64,000 nt of DNA, taken from positions 3,596,001 through 3,660,000 of the forward strand of contig OX597821.1 of NCBI GenBank assembly GCA_951406725.2, written 5' to 3'. This DNA comes from Octopus vulgaris. Taxonomy: Eukaryota. Below are positions 1 to 14,570 of the stretch, one piece after another. The notes beneath the pieces were generated by a model that did no database searches, was not told the DNA's origin, and was given only the letters and a program-made list of their open reading frames with translations. Made by a program: the position numbers and the translations under genes. Every line of letters begins with the position of its first letter. The first letter of the stretch is position 1.

Positions 1-322
1 CGACGACAGCTTTGTGAGTGCATTTGGTAGACCGAAACTGAAAGAAGCCTGTCGTATATATGTATATATGTACATATATATATATAAGTTCATGTGTGTG
101 TGTGTTTGCGTGTCTGTGTTTGTCCCCCCCCCACCAACATCGCTTGATAACTGATGGTGGTGTATTTACGTCACTATCACTTAGCAGTTCGGCAAAATAG
201 ATCGATATAATAACAACTAAGCTTACAAAGTGTAAGTCCTGTGGTCGATTTGCTCGACTAAAGACGGTGCTCCAGCATGGCCGCAGTCAAATGACTGCAA
301 CAATTAAAAGAGTAAAAAAGAA
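1..322 (+). mobile_element. SINE family A (tRNA head, internal TA/TG microsatellite), 3' part
   Basis: Matches the copies at 10219-10730 and 62325-62745 (GTGAGTGxATTTGGTAGAC...GCGGTGCTCCAGCATGGCCGCAGTCAAATGACTG). 5' end is cut by the window edge. Confidence 0.85.
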
Positions 323-358
323 TATATATATATATGCGTGTGTGTGTGTATACACAGT

Positions 359-560
359 CGCCATGATAGATCGTTAACCACTACACACATTTTATTCTCT
401 CTTTTTTTTCTGTCCTTGTTTTTTTTCTCTGTTCCTTTCCGTAGAAGAGTGTAGGTTCGAAACTTAAAAGACTTTTTCTATTCCAGAGTGTTATACTAAT
501 ACATCTGTTTATTTTGTACATCACCTGCCTTCGTCTTTTGATTTTTTCGTAAACTCTCCC
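359..560 (+). mobile_element. Penelope-like solo pLTR-type repeat with degenerate hammerhead motif (435-472)
   Basis: Same ~200 bp family as 15627-15824 (opposite strand). Flanked by TA/TG tracts. Contains cttt-CCGTAGA-A-GAGT-gtag-GTTC-GAAAC-tta-aaag. Confidence 0.6.
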
Positions 561-1534
561 TCTCTCTATATATATATGTACATACATACATATATACATT
601 TGTGCGTACGTGTATCTATATGTCTATTTGAGTCAGTGAATCGTGCATGTAAAGGATATTAACATCGAAATAAAACTACAAAGTTGTGTATTACTGACTC
701 CATTATTTGCTTTATGTTTCATAAACCTTTTCCAATCTCTCCTCATCAAAAATGTTTTGGACTGATACTTAGACCATTGGAAACCTATAAACAAGAAAGC
801 TTTTGTTAAGAAATTGCAAAAGAAAATACATCTATGCATACGTTCTGACATACACACGCACACACTCACACTTTTACACTCACACACACAGAGTATTATA
901 TATATCCAACATATAACGGATAAGCATATGTAGAGGTATATCGTTCTTCCAGCAGCACATTACGTGTACAGTTCAATTACACCTGCACCTTCATACATGC
1001 ATACAAATATGGCCACTTCTTTGCACGTCTTTGTAGATACACAGAAACACATAGACGCGTATATGTAAACATACAATAAAATATATTTGTCTATGTGTAT
1101 TTATGTATGTATGTGTATATGTATGTATGCATGAATATATGTAAGTTTTCATATATGTAATATATATGTATACATCAGCTTTTCAATGTTTGTATGCGCT
1201 GAAAATTATATTTGCTTAGATGCCATTTTATTTCTATTTTGCTTATTTCTTCTGCACGAGTCTAGAAAACGGAAATAAACAGGAAATTCGTTTTTTGTCT
1301 TATACATAATGAAGGAATTTTTGCATACATATATTTCACCTTTGATATGTGTGTATATATACTACATTTCTATGGTGATATTTTTGCAGTGTATCATAAT
1401 CCTGTGTAAGTCATGGATTCTTGTATAATTTGCAATAAAAAAATGTGTACAGAATAGAAAATTTTGCATGATAGCAATTATATGTATATGTGTGTAAGAA
1501 TAAATATAGATATATTTCTATGTAAGTGTGAATG

Positions 1535-1640
<106 letters not shown>

Positions 1641-2062
1641 GGGGTGTGTGTACGTGTTGATGGATGTAGGTTTGTGTGTTTATTTAAGTATCGAAAGGTG
1701 TACATAAAACATATATACAAACTTATAGGTATGTTTGGAAATCTCTCACGACACACATATTTTAATGCATATGTAGGTATATATGCAATGTGTGTTCGTT
1801 GTGCTGCAAGTGTTCTGTAAGATATTCTATGGAAAGAATCTACGTTTATTTCACAAATATCATGTTCCGTTTATCACAATTGACCAAAGGATGACAACGG
1901 GGAAATAGGAATAACGATTTACATTTTCCAACACACTGCTATACACACACGCGCGTGCGCACAGATATGCAAATATATTTATGCATATATGTTTCAGTGT
2001 GTCTATGTATGTATGTATGTATGTATGTATGTATGTATATATATATGTCTGTGTGTGTGTTC

Positions 2063-2123
<61 letters not shown>

Positions 2124-2128
2124 TAATG

Positions 2129-2341
2129 CTCTTCGCTTAGTTTTCACTTGGGGCTGGCCAGATTGGAGCAATCTCAAGTATAGTCAGCCGAAATTGCGAA
2201 GATAATCTGATACTTGACTGAGGAAAGAAAACTTCGAATGACTCGTCCTTGTTTTCTTTGTATCATCAATCTGGATGTTTTGTTGTCCTCTTTTCGTATC
2301 ACCTAAATGTCCGGATGCTTTGCGTCCTTGTCCCATTTCGT
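2129..2341. repeat. Unclassified ~210 bp insert between (TA)n tracts, possibly Penelope-like pLTR
   Basis: Complex sequence bounded by TA runs, with GGCTGGC...GTCAGCC-GAAA hairpin. Only one copy in the window. Confidence 0.3.
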
Positions 2342-2961
2342 ATATATATTTATATATATATATATATATATATAATGCATAAACAAACGACGTAACGTAT
2401 ACCGAATGTAAAAACGAAAGGGAGACAAACAGATGGTCCATAATTCTTCTTCAGTTATCGACTAATTGGTAGTGTTCAGTTTCGCATATTTAACGATATG
2501 TCTGTGTACTTCCCAATTGGCGGCGCCCGCAAATTTCTTTTTTCTTGCGGAGAATTAGTGACGATAGCAAACAAAACAAAAGAGATAAAACGACACAGAG
2601 TATGATATCGGACGGTGGACGATTACGAAATGTCGGACAAAATACTGCTTTGAGGCAATGGAGGTGAGAATAGTGGGTAGCGCTTAGAAAATGTCATGAG
2701 GGATGGAAAATGGAGAGACAGAGACTTTGCGACTGGTCAGACAAGGAACCAGTTAAAGAAAGGGAAAATAGGAAGATAAAGGGAAACTGGTAGCTGGTCA
2801 ATTGAGAGCAGCAGGCAGAGGAGAAAGACAGCTAGAGTGACAGAGAAAAATGTGAAGGGGATGAAGAATTTAGGAATACAAGATGAAGAGTGAGAAAAAG
2901 GGTAAGTAGAAAAGCTAGAAGTCAGAAGGCCAGAGAAAGAAAAAATAATAGAATGGAAGCA

Positions 2962-3002
<41 letters not shown>

Positions 3003-3291
3003 AAGAGGTATATAAAAATTTGCTTCTTAATACAAATTCGGTTTGTGTTGCGTTGCCACCCGTTCGTTTTTACATCCAGTATACTCTACGTCGTGTGTAT
3101 ATACATTTTTCATTAATGGAACGCACCACTCTCCGAATATGTATTTACTAGTAAGTTCCATATATATATATATATATATCTTTAAATGATTATTCTGGAT
3201 CATATTCACCATCTACATAAATTTCTGCTTCCCATTCGCTTGGCAGACAGTCAGACCGTCATTGCTATAACAGTGTTATAGTGAAGGTGTT

Positions 3292-3717
3292 ATAGCACGC
3301 CGGGCGAAATGCTCAGCAGTATTTTGTCTGTCGCTACGCTCTGAGTTCAAATTCCGCTGAAGTCGACTTTTCCTTTCATCTGGAGGTCGATGTAATCGCC
3401 TTAATCCGTTGGTCTGTCCTTGTTTCTACCCCCTGGGTTTAGCCCCTTGTGGGTCGTAAAGAAATAGGTATTTCGTCTGTCTCTACGTAATGAGTTCAAA
3501 TTACACCGAGGTCGACTTTGCCTTTCATCCTTTCGGGGTCGATAAATTAAGTACCACTTACGCACGGGGTTCGATGTAATCGACTTAATCCATTTGTCTG
3601 TTCTTGTTTGTCCCCTCTGGGTTTAGCCCTTCGTGGGTAGTAAGGAAATAGATATTTCGTCTGCCGCTACGTTCTGAGTTCATATTCCGCCGACGTCGAC
3701 TTTGCCTTTCATTCTTT
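3292..3717 (+). mobile_element. SINE family B, tandem array of ~2.4 units (period ~184 bp)
   Basis: Repeated GTATTTCGTCTG...GAGTTCAAATTCC...GCCTTTCATCCTTTCGGGGTCGATAAATTAAGTACC...GCCCCTTGTGGGTAGTAAAGAAATA. Junctions at 3467 and 3651. The central block resembles the MetaSINE-type domain. Confidence 0.85.
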
Positions 3718-3989
3718 ACGTTGATTTTCAAGCGTTTCCAAAATGCTCATTACGTGGCGTTGCCAAGTAAGCTAATGTCACGCGATTTAGACTGTTTCCA
3801 AAGTTTTATTTTCGTTTCTCTGTTATTAATTTTACACTCGTCTCTATCTTAGTAGAAACTGATGGATAAAGCTTAGTTCAGATATTCTCATTTTAAAAAT
3901 CATCTCTTGAAATCATCGTTGAAAGGACGTCTGTGTTGCCTTAGCGGAGGTTTATGCTCTCTGAGTGCTCTTGTTATTGTTTTTGTTGT

Positions 3990-4310
3990 GAAAGCGCATG
4001 GCTCAGTGATTAGAGCGTCGGTTTCACAATCATGCGGTAGTTATTGGGATTCCAGGAACGGGCTGTGTGTTTTGTTCTTGAGCAAGACACTTTTTTCTCC
4101 TTGCTCCAGTTCAGTCAGATGTAGAAATGAGTGCCAAGGTGTATCGGCCTTTGCTTTTCCCTTGGATAACATTGGTGGCGTTGAGAGGGGAGGTCGGAAT
4201 TCATTGGCGATTGCTTTTCATAAAAAAAAAACTTTCCCGGACATGGACCGTGAAGGGGAACATTCAAGATGCCATCCCTTAGTCATTCAAGGCCGAAGGG
4301 GGTCTTTGCT
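3990..4310 (+). mobile_element. SINE family C (tRNA head plus V-SINE-like central domain)
   Basis: A-box-like TGGCTCAGTGATTAGAGC, then GTTCTTGAGCAAGACACTT...TTGCTCCAGTTCA typical of the V domain. Ends next to a (GTT)/(ATT) tract. Confidence 0.6.
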
Positions 4311-4312
4311 AC

Positions 4313-4375
<63 letters not shown>

Positions 4376-4382
4376 CATTATT

Positions 4383-4558
4383 AAGCTGGCAGAAGTTTTA
4401 GCACACTGCACGAAATGCTTAGTGGTATTTCTGCCGTCGCTACGTTCTGCGTTCAAACTCTGCCGAGGTCGATAAATTAAGTACGAGTGAATCACTGGGA
4501 TCGAGATTATCCATTAGACCTCCCCACCCAAAAAAAAAAAAATTGAACTCTTGTGCCT
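4383..4558 (+). mobile_element. SINE family B-related copy with a variant tail
   Basis: AGCTGGCAGAA...GAAATGCTTAGTGGTATTTC...GTTCAAA...GAGGTCGATAAATTAAGTAC matches 44247-44478 with an internal deletion. Confidence 0.7.
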
Positions 4559-4892
4559 CCTCCTTTTCTGTTCAGTCCAATCTGTCTTTCATTCAACGAA
4601 GCAGAACAGGAGGAGGTACACGGGATGGAAAAATAACGGAAGAGGTCACAGGCAATGAAAATAAGACGAGATAAGAAAAATAATATACGAGTGAAGAACG
4701 AATATATAAGCGTTTGTGTATTTGGAAAGAAAAAAGTATGATCATACTTTTATATGAATTATAAAATTATATGCCTGGTAATACGGTCATAAAATGATCG
4801 ACTGCTTTGCATCAATCAAGCACTTAGACTTATAGTTTCGTTTTTGGTAACACATTGCACATGGCTGCCTATATTAATTATATATATATATA

Positions 4893-5412
4893 CTAGCAGT
4901 ATCGCCCGGCGTTGCTCGGGTTTGTAAGGGAAATAACTATATAAGCATTTTTAGAGAGTTACTTCCCTTATAGATGCCAATTCGGGCTTTCTTAGCCATT
5001 TCTGTTTTGGTGTCTTCAAGCCATGAAGTCGTTGTTCTAAAAGAATGCTGGTCTCCTTGACAACGCTTTACGACGTTGATTTCCTTACACTCCCTTCCCC
5101 ACAGCTTCACGAGGGAGGGAAGAAGGGGGAGAAGCAACACAGGTGCAGGTGTTTGAGCGTGGACGCCAACTCCGCCGCCATCGACACACGAAATATTATG
5201 CATTAAAATGGAATAAAAAATGATGTTAAATTATTTTTTAAATCGTAGACCCATCGTAGACGCGCGCTTATAGCCCGACGGGCTCGATATGAATCACGAC
5301 TATAAGATGCCCGAATTTGGTTAAACTGCACCGCAAAATGTGGGAGTAGTGAGGAATCTAAATCGAAGGGGACAGACACTCACACAACTAGTTTTATATA
5401 TATAGATATAGA
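4893..5412 (-). mobile_element. Non-autonomous Helitron
   Basis: Minus strand starts TCTATATCTATATATATAAAA and ends in hairpin CCCGAGCAACGCCGGG plus CTAG followed by T. The last ~35 bp closely match the Helitron end at 53982-54016. Confidence 0.8.
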
Positions 5413-5629
5413 TCATTACTTTCGCAGTATATCATATAAAAACAAATTGGCTTCTACGTGCTTGTTCCTACAAACGTACGATCGACATTGACTTATCAAA
5501 CCGGCGAGATGCTTATAAATTTTGTTACAAATACTTCAAACCTTATGCCTTTCTTGTAGAGGGTCTTCATTGGTTTCCAAATGACACGTGTGGAATGAAC
5601 GGCATTATTCGCGTATTTGTTTTATTCAC

Positions 5630-5771
5630 TCAATTTCTGTCACGAGCTTGTTCATCCCTGTTGTGAATGTCGAGATCGAATTCCAGCAGTCCTTGAAACG
5701 CATCATGGGTGTTAACAGATGTATATTTTTCTTCCAGCCAACTTTTCATAAAATATCTACATGGAAATGTC
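5630..5771 (-). CDS. Candidate terminal coding exon of an unidentified host gene
   Basis: Acceptor-like cctcctttactgtacag|G, a 46-codon open frame (TFPCRYFMKSWLEEK...ARDRN*), and AATAAA at 5626-5621. No homology recognised. Confidence 0.2.
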
Positions 5772-5850
5772 CTGTACAGTAAAGGAGGACCTGGCGTATG
5801 TGAGCTTCTATAAGCTCTTTTCTGTTCGTGTGTATGAGTATATGTATATG

Positions 5851-5903
<53 letters not shown>

Positions 5904-7122
5904 ACCAATATATATATTTATTTATACACACATACATGTACGCGCGCGCACACACACACTCAAACATGAATATATGTGTGTGTGTGTATGGGGGTGCTGT
6001 ATACATGCGTATAGTTGCATGTGTTTGTAGCTATACTCATTACTAAATACAGAGAAAGAAGAGATGGACAGGCTGAAAGAGAGAGGAGAGAAAGAGAAGT
6101 GGAGAGGAAAATTCATACACTATTTTGATCTCCTGAGATAACGTCCACGCAACACAAGCATTTTTCAAAATAAAAACCTATTTATATGCAAGTTTATGGC
6201 TGATATTTCAATTCTTTCAACAGTCGTGCATAACTTACAAACTGCTTTTTTACCGATATATGCTGTACCTCTTCTTCTTTTTTCTTTTTTCTTTTTATTT
6301 TTTTAGGAGGCTCGATGAAGATTTTGCGATAGACATTATTGAAGAATTTGCCTTCGTAAATCATGAGAAATATATACTTCGAAATTTCAATATTAGCTGG
6401 CTTCCCATTTTGATGGGAACGAATGATGTACGTTTCATATATATTACAAACGTGTGCGAAATAATTATTGGATTTACGTTTTGCCACAGGTGTATTACAT
6501 TTCTCATAAATAAGGTAAACGTGGAAATATGACAAGATGACAAGGGATCATAATAAGTAACAAATTCAAACTTGCCACGTCTAATATAACAGAATTATGT
6601 AAATCACAGTATAAAGATGTGAATCAGGAAACAAGGGCGCACAACCCGTAGTCCTTAGTTTTGCATTATGAGGAAGAAATTGTAACATGATTGACGTTTA
6701 ATAAAGTCACTTTTGGAAGGATAAAAATAAATCCCGGAAAACAGTCTACGTATAAAAATTTGAAGACATCCTTATATTGTTAAAAGGCGTAAATAATGGA
6801 AGAAGACGAGTGTAGTGTCATATGAGACGCAGACGTATCGAAGAGGAGAGAGATGTTAGATGTGGCAAATGGTTATTATTTTGGAATATATTATGCGCAT
6901 GGAGAGGCAATGGTGTGGGCGATGAATGATTCTCTGAAGGCGATGTGTGTCTGTTTTGTTTTTTTTAAGTCATTGTGTTAATATTTTGGGCGTATTGATG
7001 CGTGTATACGCATCGTACTTTTTTGTTACGGCTGTGATTTATTTGCTTCCGGTTTGTATGTCCTGCCTGATGTTATATATATATATATATATATACATAC
7101 ATACATACACACACACGCACAT

Positions 7123-7165
<43 letters not shown>

Positions 7166-7167
<2 letters not shown>

Positions 7168-7265
7168 CAACAAGCTTCTTTGAGTTTCTCTCTACCATAT
7201 CCACTCACAAGGCTTTGGTCGGACCGACGCTATAGTACAAAACACTTCCCAAGGTGCCACGCAGA
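7166..7265 (-). mobile_element. SINE family A fragment
   Basis: Reverse complement of CTGCGTGGCACCTTGGGAAGTG...CAAAGCCTTGTGAGTGGAT, between TA tracts. Confidence 0.75.
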
Positions 7266-7291
7266 ATATATATATATATATATATGTATGC

Positions 7292-7345
<54 letters not shown>

Positions 7346-7812
7346 ATGTATATATATGAGTCTCTGTGTATATATGTGTGTCTTATTCTGTGAACGCGTG
7401 AGTGTGAGTGAATAAATAAATACGTATGGATGTATGAGTGTAAGCATGCGTCTATATGTGTTTAGAGTTAACAAGCAAACATTTATGATGTAATATAGGA
7501 AAAAAAACATAAAACTAAGTGCTAATTTTCTTTCCAACTGAAAGTGCTATCGCATTCCCAAAAAGCAGGTGTGTACTCATACTATATGTAATACATCCAT
7601 TTTGAAAATTTGAAGAAAATTATAAAGATTTATTTTAAATGAGACATGTACACACACAACATACAGACGCTAACGCACACAATCACACACCCACCCAAGC
7701 ACACACACTCATATAGATAGAGAGAGAAAGAGAGAGATAGAGAGAAAGAGAGAGAGAGAAAGAGAGAAAGAGAGAGAGATAAACAAACACACACACGCAC
7801 ACATATATATGG

Positions 7813-7843
<31 letters not shown>

Positions 7844-7867
7844 GGCATATGTATAGATATATATGCA

Positions 7868-8400
7868 TACAGGGTGGGCTGAAATGTTCACACGTTGAAG
7901 ATGAAGGTGTAATGTGGGAGATGAGAAAACTTGCGTGCATTAATTTTAACATATCTTGTTAATGGTTATATTGTTTCTTTCCAGGTAAAACCGACTTGTT
8001 TTAAAAAGGAACAAAATTTGTCACCTGGTGTTATCAAGTTCCTGCAGAAGAAGGGTTCAGCCCCCAACGACATTCATACTGACATGGTTGCTACATTAGG
8101 AGATGACGCATCAGCTTTATTAACAGTGCCCCAGAGGAAAACTGTACCTAAGAAAAGGAAGAGAGATTGTTGAAGATGAACCACTGTCTGGACGTCATTC
8201 AGCTTCATCCAGCGAGGGAAACATTGATCCTGTTCACAAGGTTATAGAGTATAGGCGACAATCGAAGGCCCAGAAAAACTGACAAAATGTGACTCGTTAC
8301 ATCAGCCAATGCTTCAACACTAAAGTCCTTGGTGTCAATGGTTGTTGTGCGTGACTGTAGTGTTGAAATGTTTGATCACCCTCACTTGGCTTGGATTATC
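7868..8400 (+). mobile_element. Decayed mariner element (5' end and N-terminal HTH)
   Basis: TA-CAGGGTGGGCTGAAA TIR-like start. Translation GVIKFLQKKGSAPNDIHTDMVATLGDDA...VEDEPLSGR matches the mariner HTH/linker. Confidence 0.65.
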
Positions 8401-8401
8401 A

Positions 8402-9262
8402 TACAAGAAGACACCCTAAAGAATCCGAAAACTTGCAATATTATCTCATTTACTTAGATTTACATTTTTGCACTTTTATTGTCATCAAAATATTCTCCAT
8501 TTGAAGCAATGCATCGGTCCAGACGGGTTTTTCCTTATTCGAAACAGTGCTAGAGCTCTTGCAAAGCGATGCCATTTAACGCCTCCGTCGTTTGTTCTTC
8601 ACCACTTCCAGGTCTCAAAATTCTGTATCAGCAGTTTTCGTCAGCAGTGATGACCTTCGAAAAAAATTCCGGATCTACTTACAATTGTTCTTTCAGCTCT
8701 CGATATGCATTCAGTCATGACTGCTTTTTATCTTACGTGAGCAAACGAGACGCAAATTTTGCTGCAACCCCATTCATTCGTAATTCCTCGCTCAAAATTC
8801 GTTGGCAGAAGCTCCAGGACATAACAGTCATATCATCAAGTTCATCAATTATACGGTGATGGTGCTGCAAGTTCACTTCATGAATTTTCATGTTTTCATT
8901 CATTCGGAAGGTCTTTGGTAATACTAAACGATGCTGGTTTTCAAGCGACAAAGGACAATTCCTAAAGCGGGGAATACATTCGTCAACTTGTGTTTTGCTC
9001 ATTGCAGCGTCCTTTTAAGCTGTTTGATGCATGACGAATTTTTCGGCCACAGTTTTTCCAGCAAGAAACAGAATTTCATGGAAACACGCCTTTCAGGCAT
9101 CGCAAAAATCAACGAAGAGAGGAGAAGCACTTCAAAACAAAGACGGGTCGACAAATTTATGCCTAAAGGTTGCATCAAGTGGCATCTAGCGGGGGAAGCT
9201 TGAACTACTACGGGTTTGTTTCACAGAGACCGTTTCCGGTTACTTTTGAGTACCTCCTCCTA
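8402..9262 (-). mobile_element. Internally deleted mariner fossil
   Basis: Minus translation KFCFLLGKT...MSKTQVDECIPRFRN...CQRILSEELRMNGVAAKFASRLLT...FFSKVITADE joined to C-terminal RLDRCIASNGEYFD. Multiple stops. TIR-like end at 9236-9262. Confidence 0.8.
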
Positions 9263-10218
9263 TAATGTCCAATATGAAAAAAAGAAGAAAAGGACAATTA
9301 CTGGGAACCAGTATTGGAGTAACGACAAACTCATATTTGATGGAGAAATTATTTTACCAATAGGATGAATGTTTCTTCACTAATGATCCCATTGGTGAAG
9401 AAACCAGTAGAAGGAGAGGATGGACTGCAACAGGGATCGTGTTGAAAAATAATCCTGATTTCTTCACATTCCATGAGAGAATATTCGTCAATCTATGAAC
9501 TTTCCAGCGTAGAATTATACATATCGAAATGCATACATTTTGATATTCATATATTGTGCATGTATTTATCTCTTTCTGTTTTCAGCCAGTTGGCTGCTGT
9601 GCTTCTGAGGCATCACAAATGTTGCTGCTATTATTTCCCTGCTCCTCCTTTTGTAGTTGGTATTTAATCTTCGAGGGTATTCAAATTTACTGAGTTTTTT
9701 GTCCTTGAACCAGGCTCATCTGAAATTCTAGACAGTAGAGAGTCCAGTTTTGTCTTGGAAATATCTACACCATAGATGTCTTTCTGTACGATATCTAATA
9801 ACTCTCACTATTGGATAATGCAATATGTGTTCTTAACTCTGGATGCGGAGGATGAGATATTTGATTTTATGCAATGGCTCTCTGTTTAATGTTTGGCATA
9901 AATTTAAACGCTAAAGTTTGCAACCAGTCCTCGTTCTAGGAACTTTCAGATTTATGGCACGGTATCTGTCACTCTCATTCACTTTATGGTGTAGAGGCAA
10001 TCTTTTTGAAATGTTCCTAGTACCTGTCAGTTACACTGGGGCAATCCTTTTTTTGTAGCAGAGTTCAATTGTGTTAGGTTGCACCTGCTACGCAGTGATC
10101 ACGAACAGGGGAAAAAATCTGATTACTGTTGACAGGAGAACCGTCTTGATTTCTTGCCGCTTCCACTCAAATTTCTTGGAACCCGTCCCCCTAATCGTTT
10201 ACATTTCACTGGTGTCTA

Positions 10219-10730
<512 letters not shown>

Positions 10731-12742
10731 CATTTGAAAAGATGTATACTTGCTCATTTTAATGGCCAGATAAAGTCTTGATGGTGAATCAAGGACTGCG
10801 ATCCCTCCTAGTTTAATGCATATTAATTTATTCAGTCGAATTATGTTTCATACTTCGTCATGTAGAAGGTACGTGACACCTCTAGGACTCATTACTATTT
10901 GTGATATTATTGAATGGAAGCAGGTTGGAAAGGGCCACTCGAAACAGCAGAAGCACCACAATAGTAATGTCTGCTACTCCAAGAACAATATTTTTTTCTT
11001 GAAAAAAGGAAGCATTGGTCTTCTCGTATATGGTCATCCTCTTTTAGATAGTCAAGCAAATACCCATTTCTGACCATGATGAGATCAGGCAGTTTGTCAC
11101 ATGACATTTCACGAGCGACTTTCTTTTCCAAATTCGTGATACATTAGATCCCCTTTTAAGCTGTTGAGGAAATGTTTAATGTCGAGTCGTTGTGTTGTAG
11201 GAACTAGGTCTTGCAGCTCCTTAAACATGCTGGGTGTTATCAACTCATTTTGAGCAAAGCACATGATTAGTTTCCTTCAGACTCGTCATTCCAAGTTTTT
11301 ACTAATATACGAGCGCTGAATGACAGGTCCTGGATTCTTAGCATCTACATTTCTACCACCTTTATGAATTGGGCACATTGTTCTGTCCTTTAATTTACTT
11401 CGAAATTTACCAACATAAGGAGCTCAGGTTGCAGTGGATTTGCTGAACTCATTCATACGTTTATAGAAGGTTCACTGAGAATATATGACTGCCAGTATCT
11501 GGGGTTAGGATTATTTAATTTCCATTACATCATTTTTATATAGACGTAACAAATTATTGGAGCCTGTCTCAATAGGCAGATCGTTAGCATCTGTTGTGGT
11601 AAAAGACTTAACGTGATCGCTCACATGCGTGTACAACAGAGGGCATGTAAAAACCCATATGAAGTGCTCACATAGTATTTTATTTACGCTTTTGTGATCT
11701 CTATTTAGACAGCTAGGCTCTTAGATCAGTGACCCTACCTTGCAATACAACGTGGGTGAATCTTTAGCAAATTGTAAGAAAGCTATACGACCTGTTATTA
11801 TATATTTATAACCGTGGCTCCTTTTCTTTCTCTCACTTTCCCTTTTCATGGGTGCATTGCAGACATTTTCCAACCTCAACAAGGAAATTTTCGGTGAGCA
11901 TTTTTCTGCGTTATATTTAAAGTATTTGCAAATTTTGAAAATCATCATGTCTCGTAAGACGTTTTATCTTCCTGGAAATGGTGTTTGTGTATAGGCTGGC
12001 TGTACCCTTTCGAATATATTTTATACATAATGCTTGCGTTATTGATAGGAATGCAGATTCATATCGGTGCCAGGTGTGGAGAAACAGTTATGCCAACTGT
12101 GCTTCAGGAACTACTTTTGAATTAATTTCTAGATTGCTTTGTGAATGTTCACAAGGTTAGAGTCTAGAAGTACCATATAAGCAACATGTATGTGGCTTTC
12201 TTCGGCCCATACATCGTCAGCTCTATTTCATAGGGATTTGAGACTAACGTGGATGAATGTGAATACGTTTCATATATATGTGAACCAACTGCAGTACTAC
12301 TTATCGCATAGAAAAAACACCTCGGTGAGATTCCAGAGAAAAATCATTTCTTATTCACATCACATCATTGCATAGATACAAAGGGAGAGACAACTGGCAC
12401 GGATATCATGTAAGCTGAAAACCTACACACACACACGCACACACACATACACACACACACACTCATACAGAGTCACACACACAAACACACACTCACATAT
12501 GTATCAAAGATTTAATGCCCTTCCCGACACATATGTCCATGGTCACATGGATTCTGTTTCGTATATATCGCCTTGCACACACCGATCGCGACCCAGGTCT
12601 GCCGCAGGATTACTCCCTTTGCAAGCTGTTTGAATGGGATTAACGGAAATAATGTGTTTATCTCTTGCCAACAAGGCATCCTTCGGCCCTGCAACGAAAT
12701 ACATACATGCATGCATACATACATGCACGCATGCATACATAC

Positions 12743-12777
<35 letters not shown>

Positions 12778-12783
12778 CACATA

Positions 12784-13942
12784 CAGGGTGCCCCCAAAAT
12801 GTGTGCATACTTTAAATAATTGTAAAGTAGGTGTTTATTAAAATATATTTCATTTTCAAAAATTAATATAATCTACAGACATTATTTTATTGTTTTGCCA
12901 ACGCCTTTTTCAAACTGACGTCCTTTCTGGTCCAGTCACCGCTGACAACGTGAAGCAATGGAATCACAAACATCACGAAAGAATTTCTCGTTCAATGGCT
13001 ACTCTCAAATCAGTGACTGTAGCAGCTTTCATAGCGCAGACTTTGTCTTTAAGGTATCCCCATAAATAAACCTATCCACATGTTTGACAAGATCTCATCA
13101 AGGAAGGATCTAATACCGCGATGGTAGTGTGGGAGTGGCTAATCTTGCTGAACATAAAACACCTCATCTTCAGAGTCTTCTCTGATGCTTAGCAAGACAG
13201 TCTGTTGCAGCAAGTTCAAGTAAACGGACCAGTCACAGAAGCATTAAAAAAACGATCCAGTTAATCCTTTTGATGATAAGCCACACCACACTGTAACCCC
13301 TGGTAAATTTACATGGTGGTCCACCATAAAATGCGGATTCTCAGGTCCCCAGTAGGTCCAACTGTGGCGGTTAATTGAAGCGTTTAATTTGAACCTGGCT
13401 CTTCATTGCACACAATCTTTGTTGGAAAGTATGCAGGTTCTACACATCATGCCAAGTACCAATCGCAATACTGTCTAGATCATCGTTATTAATAGCATGA
13501 ACTTGTCTTGTAACGTAACTTTTCCATTGACAACGCTTCAAAATGATTTTGAAATACCTGCTTCACGACTCGCTTGCCGCACAGGTTTTCTTGAACTTTG
13601 GTGATACGTTTCCAGCATTCTTTCTTGCTTTTTTGGGGTTGTTGATGTTCGTGGTTTTCCGGAACGCTTCCTGTTCACATTCTGAACAGTTCCATCGGCT
13701 TCAAACTTATCTCTAATGCGAGTAATCGTAAGTCGTTGGTGAATCTTTCCGAAACTCACTCCTAAACAGTCTTTCCACTTCAACTGCGTTTTCACACTTC
13801 CAGTAGCATTTTAGAATGAATTTCCTTTGTTCAAAGCTTAGTCTGAATGGCATCATTAATTCCAGTGAGTTTTATCTGGAAAGAGAAAACACCAATTGAG
13901 TTATCAGCTGTTAAAGTGTTTATACATTTTTGGGATACCCTG
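12784..13942 (-). mobile_element. Tc1/mariner-superfamily element (maT/DD37D-like), near full length, decayed transposase
   Basis: ~32 bp imperfect TIRs (CAGGGTGCCCCCAAAATGTG / CAGGGTATCCCAAAAATGTA) flanked by TA. Minus-strand peptides [66 protein letters not shown]. Confidence 0.85.
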
Positions 13943-13947
13943 TATAT

Positions 13948-14003
<56 letters not shown>

Positions 14004-14146
14004 TGTATGTATGTATGCATGTATGCATGTATGTATGTATGTATGTATGTATGTATGTGTGTATGCATGCATGTATGCCTGTATGTATGTATGCCTGTAT
14101 GTATACATGTATGTATGTACGTATGTATGTATATAAATGTACATAT

Positions 14147-14202
<56 letters not shown>

Positions 14203-14440
14203 ATGCTTGAATTTATTTATTGCTAAGAGTTTTCAATATGCCAGGATAATTAGAATACAATATTCTTTTACCGCATATACTTTACATTTATAATATTGTT
14301 TAATGTGGTAACTTTAGAAATCATATAAAAAAATCGAACCGTTATATCTGAAATATATTCGAAAAGTTTTTTACGTAACACTGATACATATATACGCATA
14401 TCTTTGTAGCTACCCCTCTTACCACCTATGAAGCTGGCTC

Positions 14441-14570
<130 letters not shown>

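Noticed and set aside
3292-3717. CRISPR-like regular repeats
   Set aside because: Units are ~184 bp SINE copies with no unique spacers or cas genes, in a eukaryotic context.
6194-6535. 113 aa non-repetitive ORF
   Set aside because: AT-rich, includes an A-run-derived Lys tract, and has no recognisable domain or splice context.
11560-11720. Imperfect inverted ends GAGCCTGTCT...AGACAGCTAGGCTC suggesting a MITE
   Set aside because: Needs gaps to align, no TSD, and a single copy.
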